Positions 34,721 through 44,896 of a stretch of DNA of 46,027 nucleotides are shown one piece after another (position 1 is the first letter of the stretch; every line of letters starts with the position of its first letter). Origin of the DNA: Candidatus Kerfeldbacteria bacterium (GTDB lineage Bacteria; Patescibacteriota; Patescibacteriia; JACPL01); the NCBI GenBank assembly GCA_016182525.1, contig JACPGL010000005.1, positions 1 to 46,027 of the forward strand, given 5' to 3'. The position numbers and the translations under genes were made by a program. The notes under the pieces are model-generated. The model saw only the letters and a program-made list of their open reading frames with translations, did no database searches and was not told the DNA's origin.

Positions 34721-34944
34721 TGGCGCATCAATCTTCGCGTCACATTACGACTGAACAGCGCGTTGATGGGCACCGAGTGCTCATTGCGACGTTTCTTAGT
34801 GTGACGGTGATCGGCGTGTCGCTCATACTCTGGTGGCTTTCCTTGCGTATGACTCTGGCCGAGACCGAAGGGGAGCAAGAAGGAGTGTTTGGCGCGATCC
34901 GCAACTCGTTTAACGAAGTCAAAGGAAGCACGAAGTCCGAATAA
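34720..34944 (+). CDS. Small single-TM hypothetical protein
   Basis: TAATG overlap with the upstream gene; one hydrophobic helix. Confidence 0.6.
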   Translation: MAHQSSRHITTEQRVDGHRVLIATFLSVTVIGVSLILWWLSLRMTLAETEGEQEGVFGAIRNSFNEVKGSTKSE

Positions 34945-34964
34945 TTTTCCCCTCCGAATCTTCT

Positions 34965-37472
34965 ATGGCACGACGACGAATTCTTCAACGAAAAGCAGGC
35001 AGCGCGGCTTCAGCACTCACGCTGAACGCGCCGATTGCTGCAGCGATCATCCCACAACCGATTGTCGAGGAAATGCAGTCGTCGTATTTGGATTATGCAA
35101 TGTCGGTGATTGTGTCTCGCGCGCTCCCTGATGTGCGTGATGGATTGAAGCCGGTGCATCGACGCATTTTGTATGCGATGTGGACACTTGGGTTAAAGCC
35201 AAATGCAAAGTTTCGTAAGTCGGCAACGGTAACAGGCGAGGTTCTTGGGAAATTTCATCCGCATGGTGATGTTGCGGTGTATGACTCACTTGTCCGCATG
35301 GCACAAGATTTCTCCATGCGCTACCCTTTGATTCATGGTCAGGGGAACTTCGGTTCAATGGATGGCGACGGCGCTGCGGCAATGAGGTATACGGAGTGTA
35401 AACTTTCCAAAATTTCGGAAAACTTACTCACGGATATTGAAAAAGAAACAGTCCTGTTTGTTCCAAATTATGATGGCTCACAAAAAGAGCCAACAGTTCT
35501 ACCCGCTATTCTCCCGAATTTATTATTGAATGGAACCGTTGGCATTGCCGTTGGAATGGCAACAAACATTCCGCCGCATAACCTCACTGAACTTGTCGAT
35601 GCAATCATGCATCTTGCCGATCATCCGCGCGCGAACGTGGAAGATCTCATGACATTCATCAAGGGGCCGGATTTCCCGACAGGCGGCGAGATTTACGATG
35701 CCGAAGAAATTCAGCGCGCCTATGCCACTGGCCGAGGCGCAATCGTGATCCGCGCCAAAACCGAAATTGTTGAAACGAAAAACGGCGACTTTCACATTAT
35801 TGTCACGGAAATTCCGTATCAAGTGAACAAAGCGCTTCTTGTCGAGAAGATTGCCGACCTTGTGCGCGAGAAAAAGATCGACGGCATTCGCGATCTGCGC
35901 GATGAATCCGACAAAGACGGCGTGCGTGTGGTCATCGAGCTCAAGAAAGGGAGCTACCCGCGTAAAATTTTGAACCGCTTGTTCACGCTCACCTCGCTCC
36001 AGACCACGTTCCATGTGAATTTGCTTGCGCTTGTGGACGGGATTCAACCCCGCGTGCTCACGCTCAAGATGATTTTAGAAGAATACTTAAAACACCGCAC
36101 GGATGTTGTGCGTAAACGCACGCAATATGATTTGACCAAAGCGGAAAATCGCGCGCATATTTTGGAGGGATTAAAAATCGCGCTCGTCAAAATTGACGCG
36201 GTGATTGACACGATCAAAAAATCCAAGGATAAAGATGTGGCACGTGAAAATTTGATGAAGAAATTCCGACTGTCGGAATTGCAAGCTATTGCGATCTTGG
36301 AAATGCGCTTGCAGCAACTCGCGAACTTGGAACGATTGAAAGTGCTGCAAGAATTGAAAGAAATGTTGGCGCTCATCGAAGAACTGAAAGGCGTTCTCAA
36401 ATCTCCGGCAAAAATTTTGGCGATCGTAAAAAAAGAACTTGGCGTGCTCAAAGAACAATTCGGCGACGAACGCCGCACGAAAGTGTTCCCCAATCCGGTT
36501 GGCAAGTTTACGCAAGAAGATCTGATCCCGAAAGAATCGACCATTCTCATGGTGACGCGCGACGGATACATCAAGCGCCAGCCGCCCGAAGCGTTTAAGA
36601 CCCAAGGCCGCGGCGGCAAAGGCGTGATTGGCCTCACGACCAAAGAAGAAGACATGGTGGAACACTTCTTCTCCCCGAACACGCACGCCGACATCTTGTT
36701 TTTTACGAGCAAAGGCCGCGTGTTCCAACTCAAAGCGTACGATATCCCTGTTGCGTCGCGCACGGCAAAAGGCCAAGCCCTTGTGAACTTCCTCCAGCTT
36801 GCACCGGAAGAGCGCGTGTCGGCAATCCTCTCGGCTGACGATCTTTCGAGCTACGAAGCGCTCATCATGGTCACCAAAAACGGACTCATCAAACGCGTGG
36901 AAGTGGAAAGCTTCCTCAACGTGCGCAAGTCCGGGTTGATTGCGATTAAACTTAAAGGCGACGATCGTCTGGAATGGATCAAGCCGTCCGAGGGCAAAGA
37001 CGAAGTGCTCTTGATATCGAAGAACGGACAAGCAATTCGCTTTAAGGAGAAAGACATTCGCGTCATGGGACGCGTTGCTACTGGAGTTCGCGGTATGCGT
37101 TTGAAAAACGGCGATGAAATTGTAGGCATGGATTTAGTCACGACCGATGTCCCGTTTGCGAGCCAGCAGGTTTTTGTTGTCATGTCCGAAGGTTTTGGAA
37201 AGCGAACCGGCCTAACGAACTATAAAGTGCAAAATCGGGGCGGGTCGGGCGTGAAAACGGCAAAAATAAGCAAGAAAACAGGAGCGATCATTGCCGGCTT
37301 TATCGTGGCGGATGGCCGAACCGAGCAAGATGTGCTTGTCATCTCGACCAAAGGCCAAGTGATTCGCTTGCCGCTCAAAAGCGTGTCGGTGCATGGCCGC
37401 GCAACGCAAGGCGTACGCCTCATGCGATTCAAAGAGTCGGAGGATCATGTGGCAAACGTGACGCTGCTGTGA
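34965..37472 (+). CDS. gyrA: DNA gyrase subunit A
   Basis: [21 protein letters not shown], GyrA-box QGRGGKG, beta-pinwheel repeats. Confidence 0.98.
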   Translation: MARRRILQRKAGSAASALTLNAPIAAAIIPQPIVEEMQSSYLDYAMSVIVSRALPDVRDGLKPVHRRILYAMWTLGLKPNAKFRKSATVTGEVLGKFHPHGDVAVYDSLVRMAQDFSMRYPLIHGQGNFGSMDGDGAAAMRYTECKLSKISENLLTDIEKETVLFVPNYDGSQKEPTVLPAILPNLLLNGTVGIAVGMATNIPPHNLTELVDAIMHLADHPRANVEDLMTFIKGPDFPTGGEIYDAEEIQRAYATGRGAIVIRAKTEIVETKNGDFHIIVTEIPYQVNKALLVEKIADLVREKKIDGIRDLRDESDKDGVRVVIELKKGSYPRKILNRLFTLTSLQTTFHVNLLALVDGIQPRVLTLKMILEEYLKHRTDVVRKRTQYDLTKAENRAHILEGLKIALVKIDAVIDTIKKSKDKDVARENLMKKFRLSELQAIAILEMRLQQLANLERLKVLQELKEMLALIEELKGVLKSPAKILAIVKKELGVLKEQFGDERRTKVFPNPVGKFTQEDLIPKESTILMVTRDGYIKRQPPEAFKTQGRGGKGVIGLTTKEEDMVEHFFSPNTHADILFFTSKGRVFQLKAYDIPVASRTAKGQALVNFLQLAPEERVSAILSADDLSSYEALIMVTKNGLIKRVEVESFLNVRKSGLIAIKLKGDDRLEWIKPSEGKDEVLLISKNGQAIRFKEKDIRVMGRVATGVRGMRLKNGDEIVGMDLVTTDVPFASQQVFVVMSEGFGKRTGLTNYKVQNRGGSGVKTAKISKKTGAIIAGFIVADGRTEQDVLVISTKGQVIRLPLKSVSVHGRATQGVRLMRFKESEDHVANVTLL

Positions 37473-37478
37473 GGCGAT

Positions 37479-37525
37479 TCATGTGGGGATTCCTGCCTAC
37501 CGGCAGGCAGGCACTCCCCACATGA
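37479..37525. repeat. Hairpin after gyrA with CCTGCCTACCGGCAGGCAGG in its loop
   Basis: TCATGTGGGGA / TCCCCACATGA arms enclosing 37492-37511. Confidence 0.75.
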
Positions 37526-37635
37526 GCCTTGCTAAATCCGATAATGTGTGGTACAGTCTTGAAGATCTTTAAGAATTATTTTATACCCAAACCGAGTCAG
37601 GCTTTGCCTCGCGAGGTTCGGCTCCTCATTACTCT

Positions 37636-37911
37636 ATGAGCGTACCTGGAAAACGACGATCACGTTCGACATCCGGCCGGCGCCGTTCGCATGATGCTCT
37701 CGCGAAACTCAGGCCGCAATCGTGTCCAAAATGTGCTTCTCCCATTCTCCCGCATCACGTCTGCACGAACTGCGGGTACTATCGTGGGCGAAAAGTTCTT
37801 GCGATCGAAAATCCGTTTGCGAAAAAAGCTGAAAAGCGAAAAAAGGAAAAAACTGAAGAGAAAGAAAAAGCTGCATCAAGCGCTCCGGAACAAAAAGTGA
37901 AGGCGTCCTGA
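37636..37911 (+). CDS. rpmF: 50S ribosomal protein L32 with K/E-rich tail
   Basis: MSVP..R.S...RRRSH, CPKC...PHHVCTNCGYYRG. Confidence 0.95.
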   Translation: MSVPGKRRSRSTSGRRRSHDALAKLRPQSCPKCASPILPHHVCTNCGYYRGRKVLAIENPFAKKAEKRKKEKTEEKEKAASSAPEQKVKAS

Positions 37912-37923
37912 CCCTGAACCTCC

Positions 37924-38370
37924 ATGTCCAATCGTCACCTTTCACGAACCGTTGCTCTTCAAACACTGTACGAGTGGGATTTCCGTGAAAAGAAAGATGA
38001 TCTTGCCGCACTCCTTGCCGCGAACACGAAAGAGTTTGCGCCGGGCATGGAGGACGAAGGCTTTAGCGGAAAACTCGTGCACAGTGTGCAGGAGCACATC
38101 GTCGAGCTTGATCACACAATCACCGAGTACGCACCCGAGTGGCCGATTGATCAGATCACGGGTGTTGATCGCAATGTGTTGCGCATCGGCATCTATGAGC
38201 TGCTTTTCGACCCCGACATTCCGCCCAAAGTTGCGATTAACGAGTCCATCAAACTCGCAAAAGCGTTTGGCGGCGTTTCATCCGGCAAGTTCGTGAATGG
38301 GGTGCTCGGCAGCATCTTCAAAGACATGCAAAAAGACAACCATCCAAAACTTACAACATTTACAGAATAA
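37924..38370 (+). CDS. nusB: Transcription antitermination factor NusB
   Basis: [28 protein letters not shown]. Confidence 0.96.
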   Translation: MSNRHLSRTVALQTLYEWDFREKKDDLAALLAANTKEFAPGMEDEGFSGKLVHSVQEHIVELDHTITEYAPEWPIDQITGVDRNVLRIGIYELLFDPDIPPKVAINESIKLAKAFGGVSSGKFVNGVLGSIFKDMQKDNHPKLTTFTE

Positions 38371-38425
38371 TTTTCCTGGTAGGTGTGAGGCAACTGCCTG
38401 ACACGTGCCCGGGACAGTCTCATCT

Positions 38426-39121
38426 ATGGAAAAAGATTTGACCCCGCTTGAACGTCGCTTGGGCGTTACATTTAAGAATCAAGACATGCTGCGCCAAGCT
38501 GTGGTGCATCGTTCGTATTTGAACGAGCATCGCGATTTTGCGCTTGATCACAACGAGCGACTCGAATTTTTGGGCGATGCCGTGCTCGAACTGATCGTCA
38601 CCGAGAACTTGTATCGCAACTACCCGAACCCGGAAGGCGAGCTCACGAACTGGCGCGCCGCGCTCGTGAACAGTCAAATGCTGTCGGTTGCGGCTGCGGC
38701 ATTTGAGCTGGATCACTATCTATATCTTTCACGAGGCGAATCGCAAGATCAGAATTCCAAAGCGCGACAATCCATCTTGGCCAATGCCTTTGAAGCGATT
38801 ATCGGCGCGATCTATCTTGATCATGGATTTGAAACCGCCAAGACGTTCATTGAAGGGTCCATCTTAAAAGAATTGCCGCGGATTTTGGAAAACAAGTTGT
38901 ATCTTGACGCCAAGAGTCGCTTTCAAGAAGCGGCGCAAGAGCATTTGGGCGTCACGCCGACATACGAAGTGCTGGAGGAAACCGGCCCGGATCATGACAA
39001 ACAGTTTGTGGTGGGCGTGTTCATCGGTGAGGAGATGATTGCGCAGGGCGATGGCTCGAGCAAGCACGAAGCGCAATTCAAAGCAGCGGAAAAAGGGCTT
39101 GCCGCGAAAGGCTGGAAATAA
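38426..39121 (+). CDS. rnc: Ribonuclease III
   Basis: HNERLEFLGDAVL, FEAIIGAIYLD, C-terminal dsRBD. Confidence 0.97.
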   Translation: MEKDLTPLERRLGVTFKNQDMLRQAVVHRSYLNEHRDFALDHNERLEFLGDAVLELIVTENLYRNYPNPEGELTNWRAALVNSQMLSVAAAAFELDHYLYLSRGESQDQNSKARQSILANAFEAIIGAIYLDHGFETAKTFIEGSILKELPRILENKLYLDAKSRFQEAAQEHLGVTPTYEVLEETGPDHDKQFVVGVFIGEEMIAQGDGSSKHEAQFKAAEKGLAAKGWK

Positions 39122-39159
39122 ACAAAAACGAGAACGGATCTCGTTGCTGGAATACAAAC

Positions 39160-41838
39160 ATGTTTCTTCGGAGGATCGAACTTCAAGGATTCAAATCCTT
39201 TGCGCATAAAACAGCGCTTGATTTTTCAAAGAACGTTGTTGCCATTGTTGGCCCGAACGGTTCAGGAAAGTCGAACATCTCTGATGCGATTCGGTGGTGT
39301 TTAGGCGAGCAGAGTTCGAAGCTGTTGCGCGGCAAGCGCTCGCACGATGTGATCTTTTCGGGCAGTGACGTGAAGACGCGCCTCGGATTTGCCGAGGTGA
39401 GTCTGCTTTTTGATAATCGAAAAAAGATATTCCCGCTTGAGAATCCGGAAGTGGAAATCACGCGCCGGATTCATGGAGATGGAGAATCGGAATTTTTTGT
39501 GAATCGCCGGCCGGTACGATTGCACGAGATGATTCTGCTCTTGGCCAGAGCCCGCGTCGGCCAAAAGAGTTACTCGGTGATCGGGCAGGGGATGATCGAT
39601 CACATGATCACCGCAACGCCGCAAGAGCGGAAAGAATTTTTCGATGAAGCAACCGGCGTGAAAGAATTTCAAATCAAGCGCGATCAAGCGGTGAACAAAC
39701 TTCGCCGGTCTCGAGAAAATTTGACGCAAGGGCAAGCGGTGCTCGCCGAAATTACGCCGCGGCTCCGATCGCTCAAGCGCCAAGTGCACCGCTTAGAACA
39801 GCGCGAAGCGAAAGAAAAAGAATTGCGCGAGGCGCAGCGTCAAGCGTACGGGTCGCTCTGGCGCGAAATCGAGTCCCAAACGCATGTCGAGCGCCGCCAT
39901 CTTGCTTCAGAAGAAGGCACACTGGCTGAGAACGAACGGCAGCTTGCGGATGTGCAAGCGCTCTTAACCCACGCATCCAAAGAAAAGGGAAATGTTCAAG
40001 CATTTCACGAATTGCAGCAGGATGAACGTGCGCTTTTGGATGAAAAGAGCATGCTGCTCCAAAAACAGGCCGTGCTGAAAAGCCGCTTGGAAACCGAACA
40101 CGAGCGTGCAGGAGGGACTGACCTTGTGTGGCTCGGCCGCCGGCGCGACCACGTTGCGAAACGCATCGCCTTCGACCGCGAAGAACTGTTTCGGCTCACC
40201 AAAAAACTCAAGGACGTCGATGCGGACACGCTCGTCAAACGCGGCGAGCAAGATCGGATCGTCAAAACTTTCCGCGAGCTTGAATACAAAATGTTGCGGC
40301 TCAAAGAAAGCGAAGACGGTAACGTGCATGAACATCTTACCAAGCGGATTAAAAAATTGTACGCTGAACAAGAAGCGTTTTTGAAACAACTGATCGCGAC
40401 CACAGACATGCAGTCGTTCAAATCTGTGAAACGGCAAGCCGTGCAGCTCACGAAGGAGTTTGCACTCCTTGTGGATGAACTCGAATCGTCCACGGCCTCT
40501 GTCGCCCGTGTGTCCGAACTCCACGCGGTACAAAAAGAACTCGAATCCTTTTCGCGTTCTCGCGATACCGTTGTGGATGAGCTTTCGGCGCTGCAAGTAG
40601 AACAGCAAACCATGAAAGAAAAATGCGCCCTCATTGAACACGAAATTGTGCAACTTGAAAAGGAGCGGCGCGATCTTGATCACGAGATTGATCACGCCGA
40701 AGCGAAAAATGCCGCACGGAGCCGGCAGGATATTGTGCGTCAGGTGGAAGCTGAACATCGCGTGCTTCAAGAATCCATCGAAGCGTTTGAAACGAAACTC
40801 CGTGCGGTGCGTGACAAACTCTCGGACTTTCAACGCGAAGAAGAAAAAAAGCGAAAGCAGATTTTTGCGTGGCAGCATGAGGCGCAGGAGGTGCAGACGA
40901 ACGTGAACCACGTGCAGTCGCGCGTGAATGATATTCGCGTCGAACTTGCGCGTCTGGAAACGCGCCAAGATGATCTTATCGAAGAACTTCGCCACGAAGT
41001 GCCGACCGAATTTATCGCCGAGATTCATGCCTACACTGGGACGCCCGAGATGAATCATTCCGACCTCATGTCGCGCATTCAAAAACTCAAGCACGATCTT
41101 GAACTCATCGGCGGCATTGATCCGGAGACGATTGCCGAATACGAAGAGACATCACAGCGCCATGAATTTTTGTCCACGCAGACAACGGATCTTGAGTCGG
41201 CGTGTGATTCGCTCGAAAAGATTATTGAAGAACTTGACGCGACGATTCGTGATCAGTTCCGCTCCACCTTCCAAAAGATCAACGAGAATTTTCATACCCA
41301 TTTCCGCATGCTGTTTGAAGGCGGACATGCCAAGCTTTCGCTCATTCAAGAGGTGCCAGCGGATGAAACAGAGGAGCAAACACTTGCGTCTCTTGCGCAT
41401 CCCGATGAAAACCTTGACGAAACGCAGCCGGAGGAACCGCGACCCAAACTCGCAACCTCTCGAAAGAAAAAAGTGATCACCGGAATCGAGATTGAAGCCC
41501 AACCCCCAGGCAAGCGACTCAAAACCCCAACCGCGCTTTCGGGCGGCGAAAAAGCGCTCACCGCTATTGCGCTCGTTTCAGCCATTCTCGGGGCCAATCC
41601 CACGCCGTTTGTCGTGCTTGATGAAGTGGAAGCGGCGCTTGACGAAGCGAACTCGCTCCGCTTTGCCGGTATCCTAGAAAAACTGGCGCGACATACCCAG
41701 TTTATTGTGATCACCCACAACCGCGTCACGATGAATGCCTCGGACATTTTGTATGGCGTGACGATGGGGCTGGATGGCGTTTCTAAGGTGCTCTCGGTCA
41801 AGCTCGAAGAAGTGAGCGACAAGGTGATCGGCAAGTAG
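39160..41838 (+). CDS. smc: Chromosome segregation protein SMC, short form
   Basis: GFKSFA, GPNGSGKSN, LSGGEK, LDEVEAALDEAN, QFIVITH; rnc-smc-rpsP synteny. Confidence 0.9.
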   Translation: MFLRRIELQGFKSFAHKTALDFSKNVVAIVGPNGSGKSNISDAIRWCLGEQSSKLLRGKRSHDVIFSGSDVKTRLGFAEVSLLFDNRKKIFPLENPEVEITRRIHGDGESEFFVNRRPVRLHEMILLLARARVGQKSYSVIGQGMIDHMITATPQERKEFFDEATGVKEFQIKRDQAVNKLRRSRENLTQGQAVLAEITPRLRSLKRQVHRLEQREAKEKELREAQRQAYGSLWREIESQTHVERRHLASEEGTLAENERQLADVQALLTHASKEKGNVQAFHELQQDERALLDEKSMLLQKQAVLKSRLETEHERAGGTDLVWLGRRRDHVAKRIAFDREELFRLTKKLKDVDADTLVKRGEQDRIVKTFRELEYKMLRLKESEDGNVHEHLTKRIKKLYAEQEAFLKQLIATTDMQSFKSVKRQAVQLTKEFALLVDELESSTASVARVSELHAVQKELESFSRSRDTVVDELSALQVEQQTMKEKCALIEHEIVQLEKERRDLDHEIDHAEAKNAARSRQDIVRQVEAEHRVLQESIEAFETKLRAVRDKLSDFQREEEKKRKQIFAWQHEAQEVQTNVNHVQSRVNDIRVELARLETRQDDLIEELRHEVPTEFIAEIHAYTGTPEMNHSDLMSRIQKLKHDLELIGGIDPETIAEYEETSQRHEFLSTQTTDLESACDSLEKIIEELDATIRDQFRSTFQKINENFHTHFRMLFEGGHAKLSLIQEVPADETEEQTLASLAHPDENLDETQPEEPRPKLATSRKKKVITGIEIEAQPPGKRLKTPTALSGGEKALTAIALVSAILGANPTPFVVLDEVEAALDEANSLRFAGILEKLARHTQFIVITHNRVTMNASDILYGVTMGLDGVSKVLSVKLEEVSDKVIGK

Positions 41839-41910
41839 CGCGGGCGGATTGACAATTCTCGAGAAATCCCGTAGGATGCTAACGGTTCATTCACTATCAT
41901 CCATTCCTCT

Positions 41911-42249
41911 ATGCTCGTTATTCGACTCTCTCGTATTGGCCGGCGGAATCTTGCGCAGTGGCGCATTGTGCTCCAAGAAAAGACACAGTCCCCAAAGGCA
42001 AAAGCGATCGAACTTCTTGGTCACATGAATCCGCATACGGATCCGCGAACAGTTGTCTTGAAAGAGGATCGCGTAAAGTATTGGCTGTCGCAAGGTGCGC
42101 AACCGTCTCCCACGATTCACAACCTTCTTGTGGATCTTGGAATTTTGAAAACCGAAAAAGTGAAAGCATACAAGGTGAAGAAAAAGGCAAAGACGGAAGG
42201 CGAAGAAGTAAAACCAGAGGCGAAAGCTCCCGAAGCAAAAACTGAATAA
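41911..42249 (+). CDS. rpsP: 30S ribosomal protein S16
   Basis: MLVIRLSRIG, IE.LG..NP, YWLSQGAQPS; promoter TTGACA-17bp-TAGGAT at 41849. Confidence 0.96.
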   Translation: MLVIRLSRIGRRNLAQWRIVLQEKTQSPKAKAIELLGHMNPHTDPRTVVLKEDRVKYWLSQGAQPSPTIHNLLVDLGILKTEKVKAYKVKKKAKTEGEEVKPEAKAPEAKTE

Positions 42250-42403
42250 AACAAGATAGAAAACAAGATCCGTTCTCGTTCCACCAGAACCGATTTTGTT
42301 TTCTTGACACGTCAATCGGTTCTGGTATACTCATTTGTATCACCCTCTCCGTTGTGCAGTCGACAACGAAAGGAGTGACTAGAAGAACATTGACATTCTG
42401 AAC

Positions 42404-42751
42404 ATGGAAAAGGATCAAGAATTTGTTGAATACGTTGTCAAATGTCTTGTCGACAACCCAAGCGCGGTTTCAGCCGAGCGGACGGTCGATGAGATGGGCG
42501 TGCTCATCACGCTCAAGGTCGATCCAAAGGATCTCGGCCAAGTGATTGGCCGCAGCGGTCAGACAGCGAAGAGTCTCCGGACGCTTTTGCGCGTTGTCGG
42601 AGCAAAGAATCAAGCGCGTGTGAATCTCAAGATCTATGAACCGGAAGGTTCGCGTCCTCCGCGAGGCCCACGAGCGGCAATGCCCGCGGCACCGGCAATG
42701 CCGGCGGCCATGGATACCGACGCAACAGGACTTGAAGATCTCAAGCTCTAA
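42404..42751 (+). CDS. khpA: KH-domain RNA-binding protein (KhpA/YlqC)
   Basis: LVDNP..V, DLGQVIGRSGQTAKSLRTLL; follows rpsP. Confidence 0.9.
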   Translation: MEKDQEFVEYVVKCLVDNPSAVSAERTVDEMGVLITLKVDPKDLGQVIGRSGQTAKSLRTLLRVVGAKNQARVNLKIYEPEGSRPPRGPRAAMPAAPAMPAAMDTDATGLEDLKL

Positions 42752-42765
42752 CGATCGTTCATCAG

Positions 42766-42798
42766 CTCCCCCCGTTTTTCGGGGGGAGTTTTGTTTTT
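42766..42798 (+). terminator. Intrinsic terminator
   Basis: CTCCCCCCG-TTTTT-CGGGGGGAG followed by TTTTGTTTTT. Confidence 0.85.
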
Positions 42799-42878
42799 AG
42801 GGAGAGTATGGTTTAATAGAGGGAGACTCTCCGAGGGGCGGAGAGCGTTCATTTCATCAGAACCCGTGGAGGTTCGTC

Positions 42879-43214
42879 ATGCAGGCAAGTGTGCAGAACA
42901 GAAGTGATTCACTCTGGCACCGTGATCCTCTACTTGGAGGATCTGTCGTGACGGCCATGTGTTCGCTCGCGACATTCTTCGGCGCTCTCACCTGGGGGAC
43001 ATTCATAACCCCGGGACTTCGCGCCCAAGGAATAATGATAGGAACTATCTTCGCTATCATCGTTCTTCGGATGTGGGTCGCGTACTACGAAAGAGCCAAG
43101 GTGTGCTCTACAGAGGAAGGGGGGCGGGCGGGTGAGTTGCTTTTCAACTTCCTTATGACTGGTGGGGGGCTCGTCCTTGCCGTGGTGTTGGTGGGGTTCG
43201 GCAGTCAGGGATGA
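42879..43214 (+). CDS. Hypothetical 3-TM membrane protein (ORFan-like)
   Basis: SD GGAGG 6 nt before ATG; three hydrophobic helices. Confidence 0.6.
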   Translation: MQASVQNRSDSLWHRDPLLGGSVVTAMCSLATFFGALTWGTFITPGLRAQGIMIGTIFAIIVLRMWVAYYERAKVCSTEEGGRAGELLFNFLMTGGGLVLAVVLVGFGSQG

Positions 43215-43274
43215 GGGATACCAACGTGGTGAACCGTCGGCATAGGCAACCTATTGCCTAGAGAGGAGAATCTC

Positions 43275-43588
43275 ATGAGCAACCTCGTGAGCAGAGTTTG
43301 CCGCTCGGCTCGAGTCCGTGGAGTCGGGCAATCCGCCCTGGGATCGCCGTCGGACTTCTCATGGCGCTCCCCGTAGTTTTCGGAAACCTTGGTCTTGGAG
43401 GCGGGAGTCAGCTGTCGTGGCGTATCGTGTTATTGAGCTTCTGCACGGTTGTCTGCATTTCCGAGTACAGGAGAAGCGAAGCGCTCAAGGAGATGTACTG
43501 GCCGCACATCCGCCAAGGGACGGCCGCGATGTTCACCACATACGCGGTGGTTTCCATCGTGGCGATTGCCCTCATCGCTCGCTCCTAG
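43275..43588 (+). pseudogene. Hypothetical 3-TM membrane protein, apparent 1-nt frameshift after the ATG
   Basis: SD GAGGAG + ATG at 43275 is out of frame with ORF 43298-43588; adding one G gives MEQPREQSLPLG... Confidence 0.45.
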
Positions 43589-43712
43589 GCGAGCGAGCCG
43601 CGGGTTCGGGCCGGCAGGCGTGTCACCACGACGCGCCGCCGGCCACCCATCCTTCTATTGAAAAGATTCCCACAAAGCGGTATGCTCTGGGTTGATCCAT
43701 AATACTTTCGTC

Positions 43713-44381
43713 ATGACCTTCGATATCCTCACCCTCTTTCCTGAATCGTTTGGCTCGTACTTTGGTGCGAGTATTGTGAAGCGCGCGATTCAGGCAAAAA
43801 AGATTCATATGCGGTTTCACAATTTCCGTGATCTGGCGACGGATAAACATCATACGGTTGACGATGCTCCGTATGGCGGAGGCGCGGGCATGGTGTTAAA
43901 AGTGGAACCAATCTATCGCGCTCTCAAGAAAATTCGTCGAAAGAAACATTCACGCGTCATTTTACTTACGCCGAAAGGAAAAATCTTGAACCAACCGATG
44001 GCGCGTGCGTTTGCGAGATGCGATCAGCTCATCCTCATCTGCGGCCGGTATGAAGGATTCGATGAGCGCGTCCGTGCGTTTGTCGATGAAGAGGTCTCGA
44101 TTGGCAACTACGTGCTGACCGGCGGGGAGCTGGCAGCGATGGTGATCGTGGACGCGGTGGCTCGGCTCATCCCCGGGGTGCTTGGCGATGACGCCTCGTC
44201 CGAGGATGAGTCGTTCCGCGCCGGTGCAGACGATCTTGAATACCCGCACTATACCCGACCAGAGACGTTCACTCCCCGCGGCGGAAAAGCTATGTCCGTC
44301 CCGCCCATCTTGCTTTCCGGTGACCACGCCAAAATCCACGCATGGCGCGAATCCCAGCGAAAAAAACAGGATCCGATCTAA
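43713..44381 (+). CDS. trmD: tRNA (guanine-37-N1)-methyltransferase
   Basis: TLFPE, VDDAPYGGGAGMV, CGRYEGFDER, SIGNYVLTGGE, EYPHYTRP. Confidence 0.98.
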   Translation: MTFDILTLFPESFGSYFGASIVKRAIQAKKIHMRFHNFRDLATDKHHTVDDAPYGGGAGMVLKVEPIYRALKKIRRKKHSRVILLTPKGKILNQPMARAFARCDQLILICGRYEGFDERVRAFVDEEVSIGNYVLTGGELAAMVIVDAVARLIPGVLGDDASSEDESFRAGADDLEYPHYTRPETFTPRGGKAMSVPPILLSGDHAKIHAWRESQRKKQDPI

Positions 44382-44430
44382 AAGGGCTCAAAAAGGTCGG
44401 ATCCAAAAGGGTCGTTTTAGATCCGATCTT
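44368..44430. repeat. Cluster of (G/A)GATCCGA(T/C)CT REP-like units
   Basis: GGATCCGATCT, AGGTCGGATCC (inverted), AGATCCGATCT; related unit near 21515. Confidence 0.55.
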
Positions 44431-44468
44431 GTGGATAGGCTGTGGAGATTTTACTGGCTCCGCTCGTC

Positions 44469-44514
44469 TTGACAAGAGCACAAAGGTTCGCTATAATCCC
44501 TGTGCTCTTTTAAG
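44469..44514 (+). promoter_or_regulatory. rRNA promoter with boxA-like element
   Basis: Perfect TTGACA-17bp-TATAAT (44469-44497), then TGCTCTTTTAAG (44503-44514). Confidence 0.8.
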
Positions 44515-44896
44515 ATTCTTCATTTGAAGATCGCACACATTCGTTTTTCGCCAATCTAGAGCCACGACGCACGTCGTGAAGAGAAAACAGCGAAATCAGA
44601 TCCCTCTCGCCTACACATTTCTTGTCTGAATTCGAGAGAGGCATCTCAATGGTTTCCTGTTTTTTCTTCGCCCGGAACACAGGAGTGCGAAACGAAAAAA
44701 GCGAAGAGGTTCATTGACAATCAAATTGTGGTAAGAGGAATCGTTGTATTCCTTTGAGTTCGCTCGGTCGCTCATCAGGGTGACCGAGCAACGGAATGAT
44801 ACACCGTCCCAGAAAATGTATCACAATGGTTGTGTATGATCGGTTCAATCGAACCGACTGCATGATCGGTGTTTGTCTGTAACAAACAGCAAACAT

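Noticed and set aside
37470-37472. Alternative genetic code (UGA=Gly, as in Gracilibacteria)
   Set aside because: gyrA, trxB and rpmF end at TGA at expected lengths, and core genes have no internal TGA
39964-41094. 376-aa minus-strand ORF
   Set aside because: Antisense shadow of smc
44714-44740. Second rRNA promoter at TTGACA
   Set aside because: No -10 at 16-18 bp spacing; better read as a boxA or processing-stem motif
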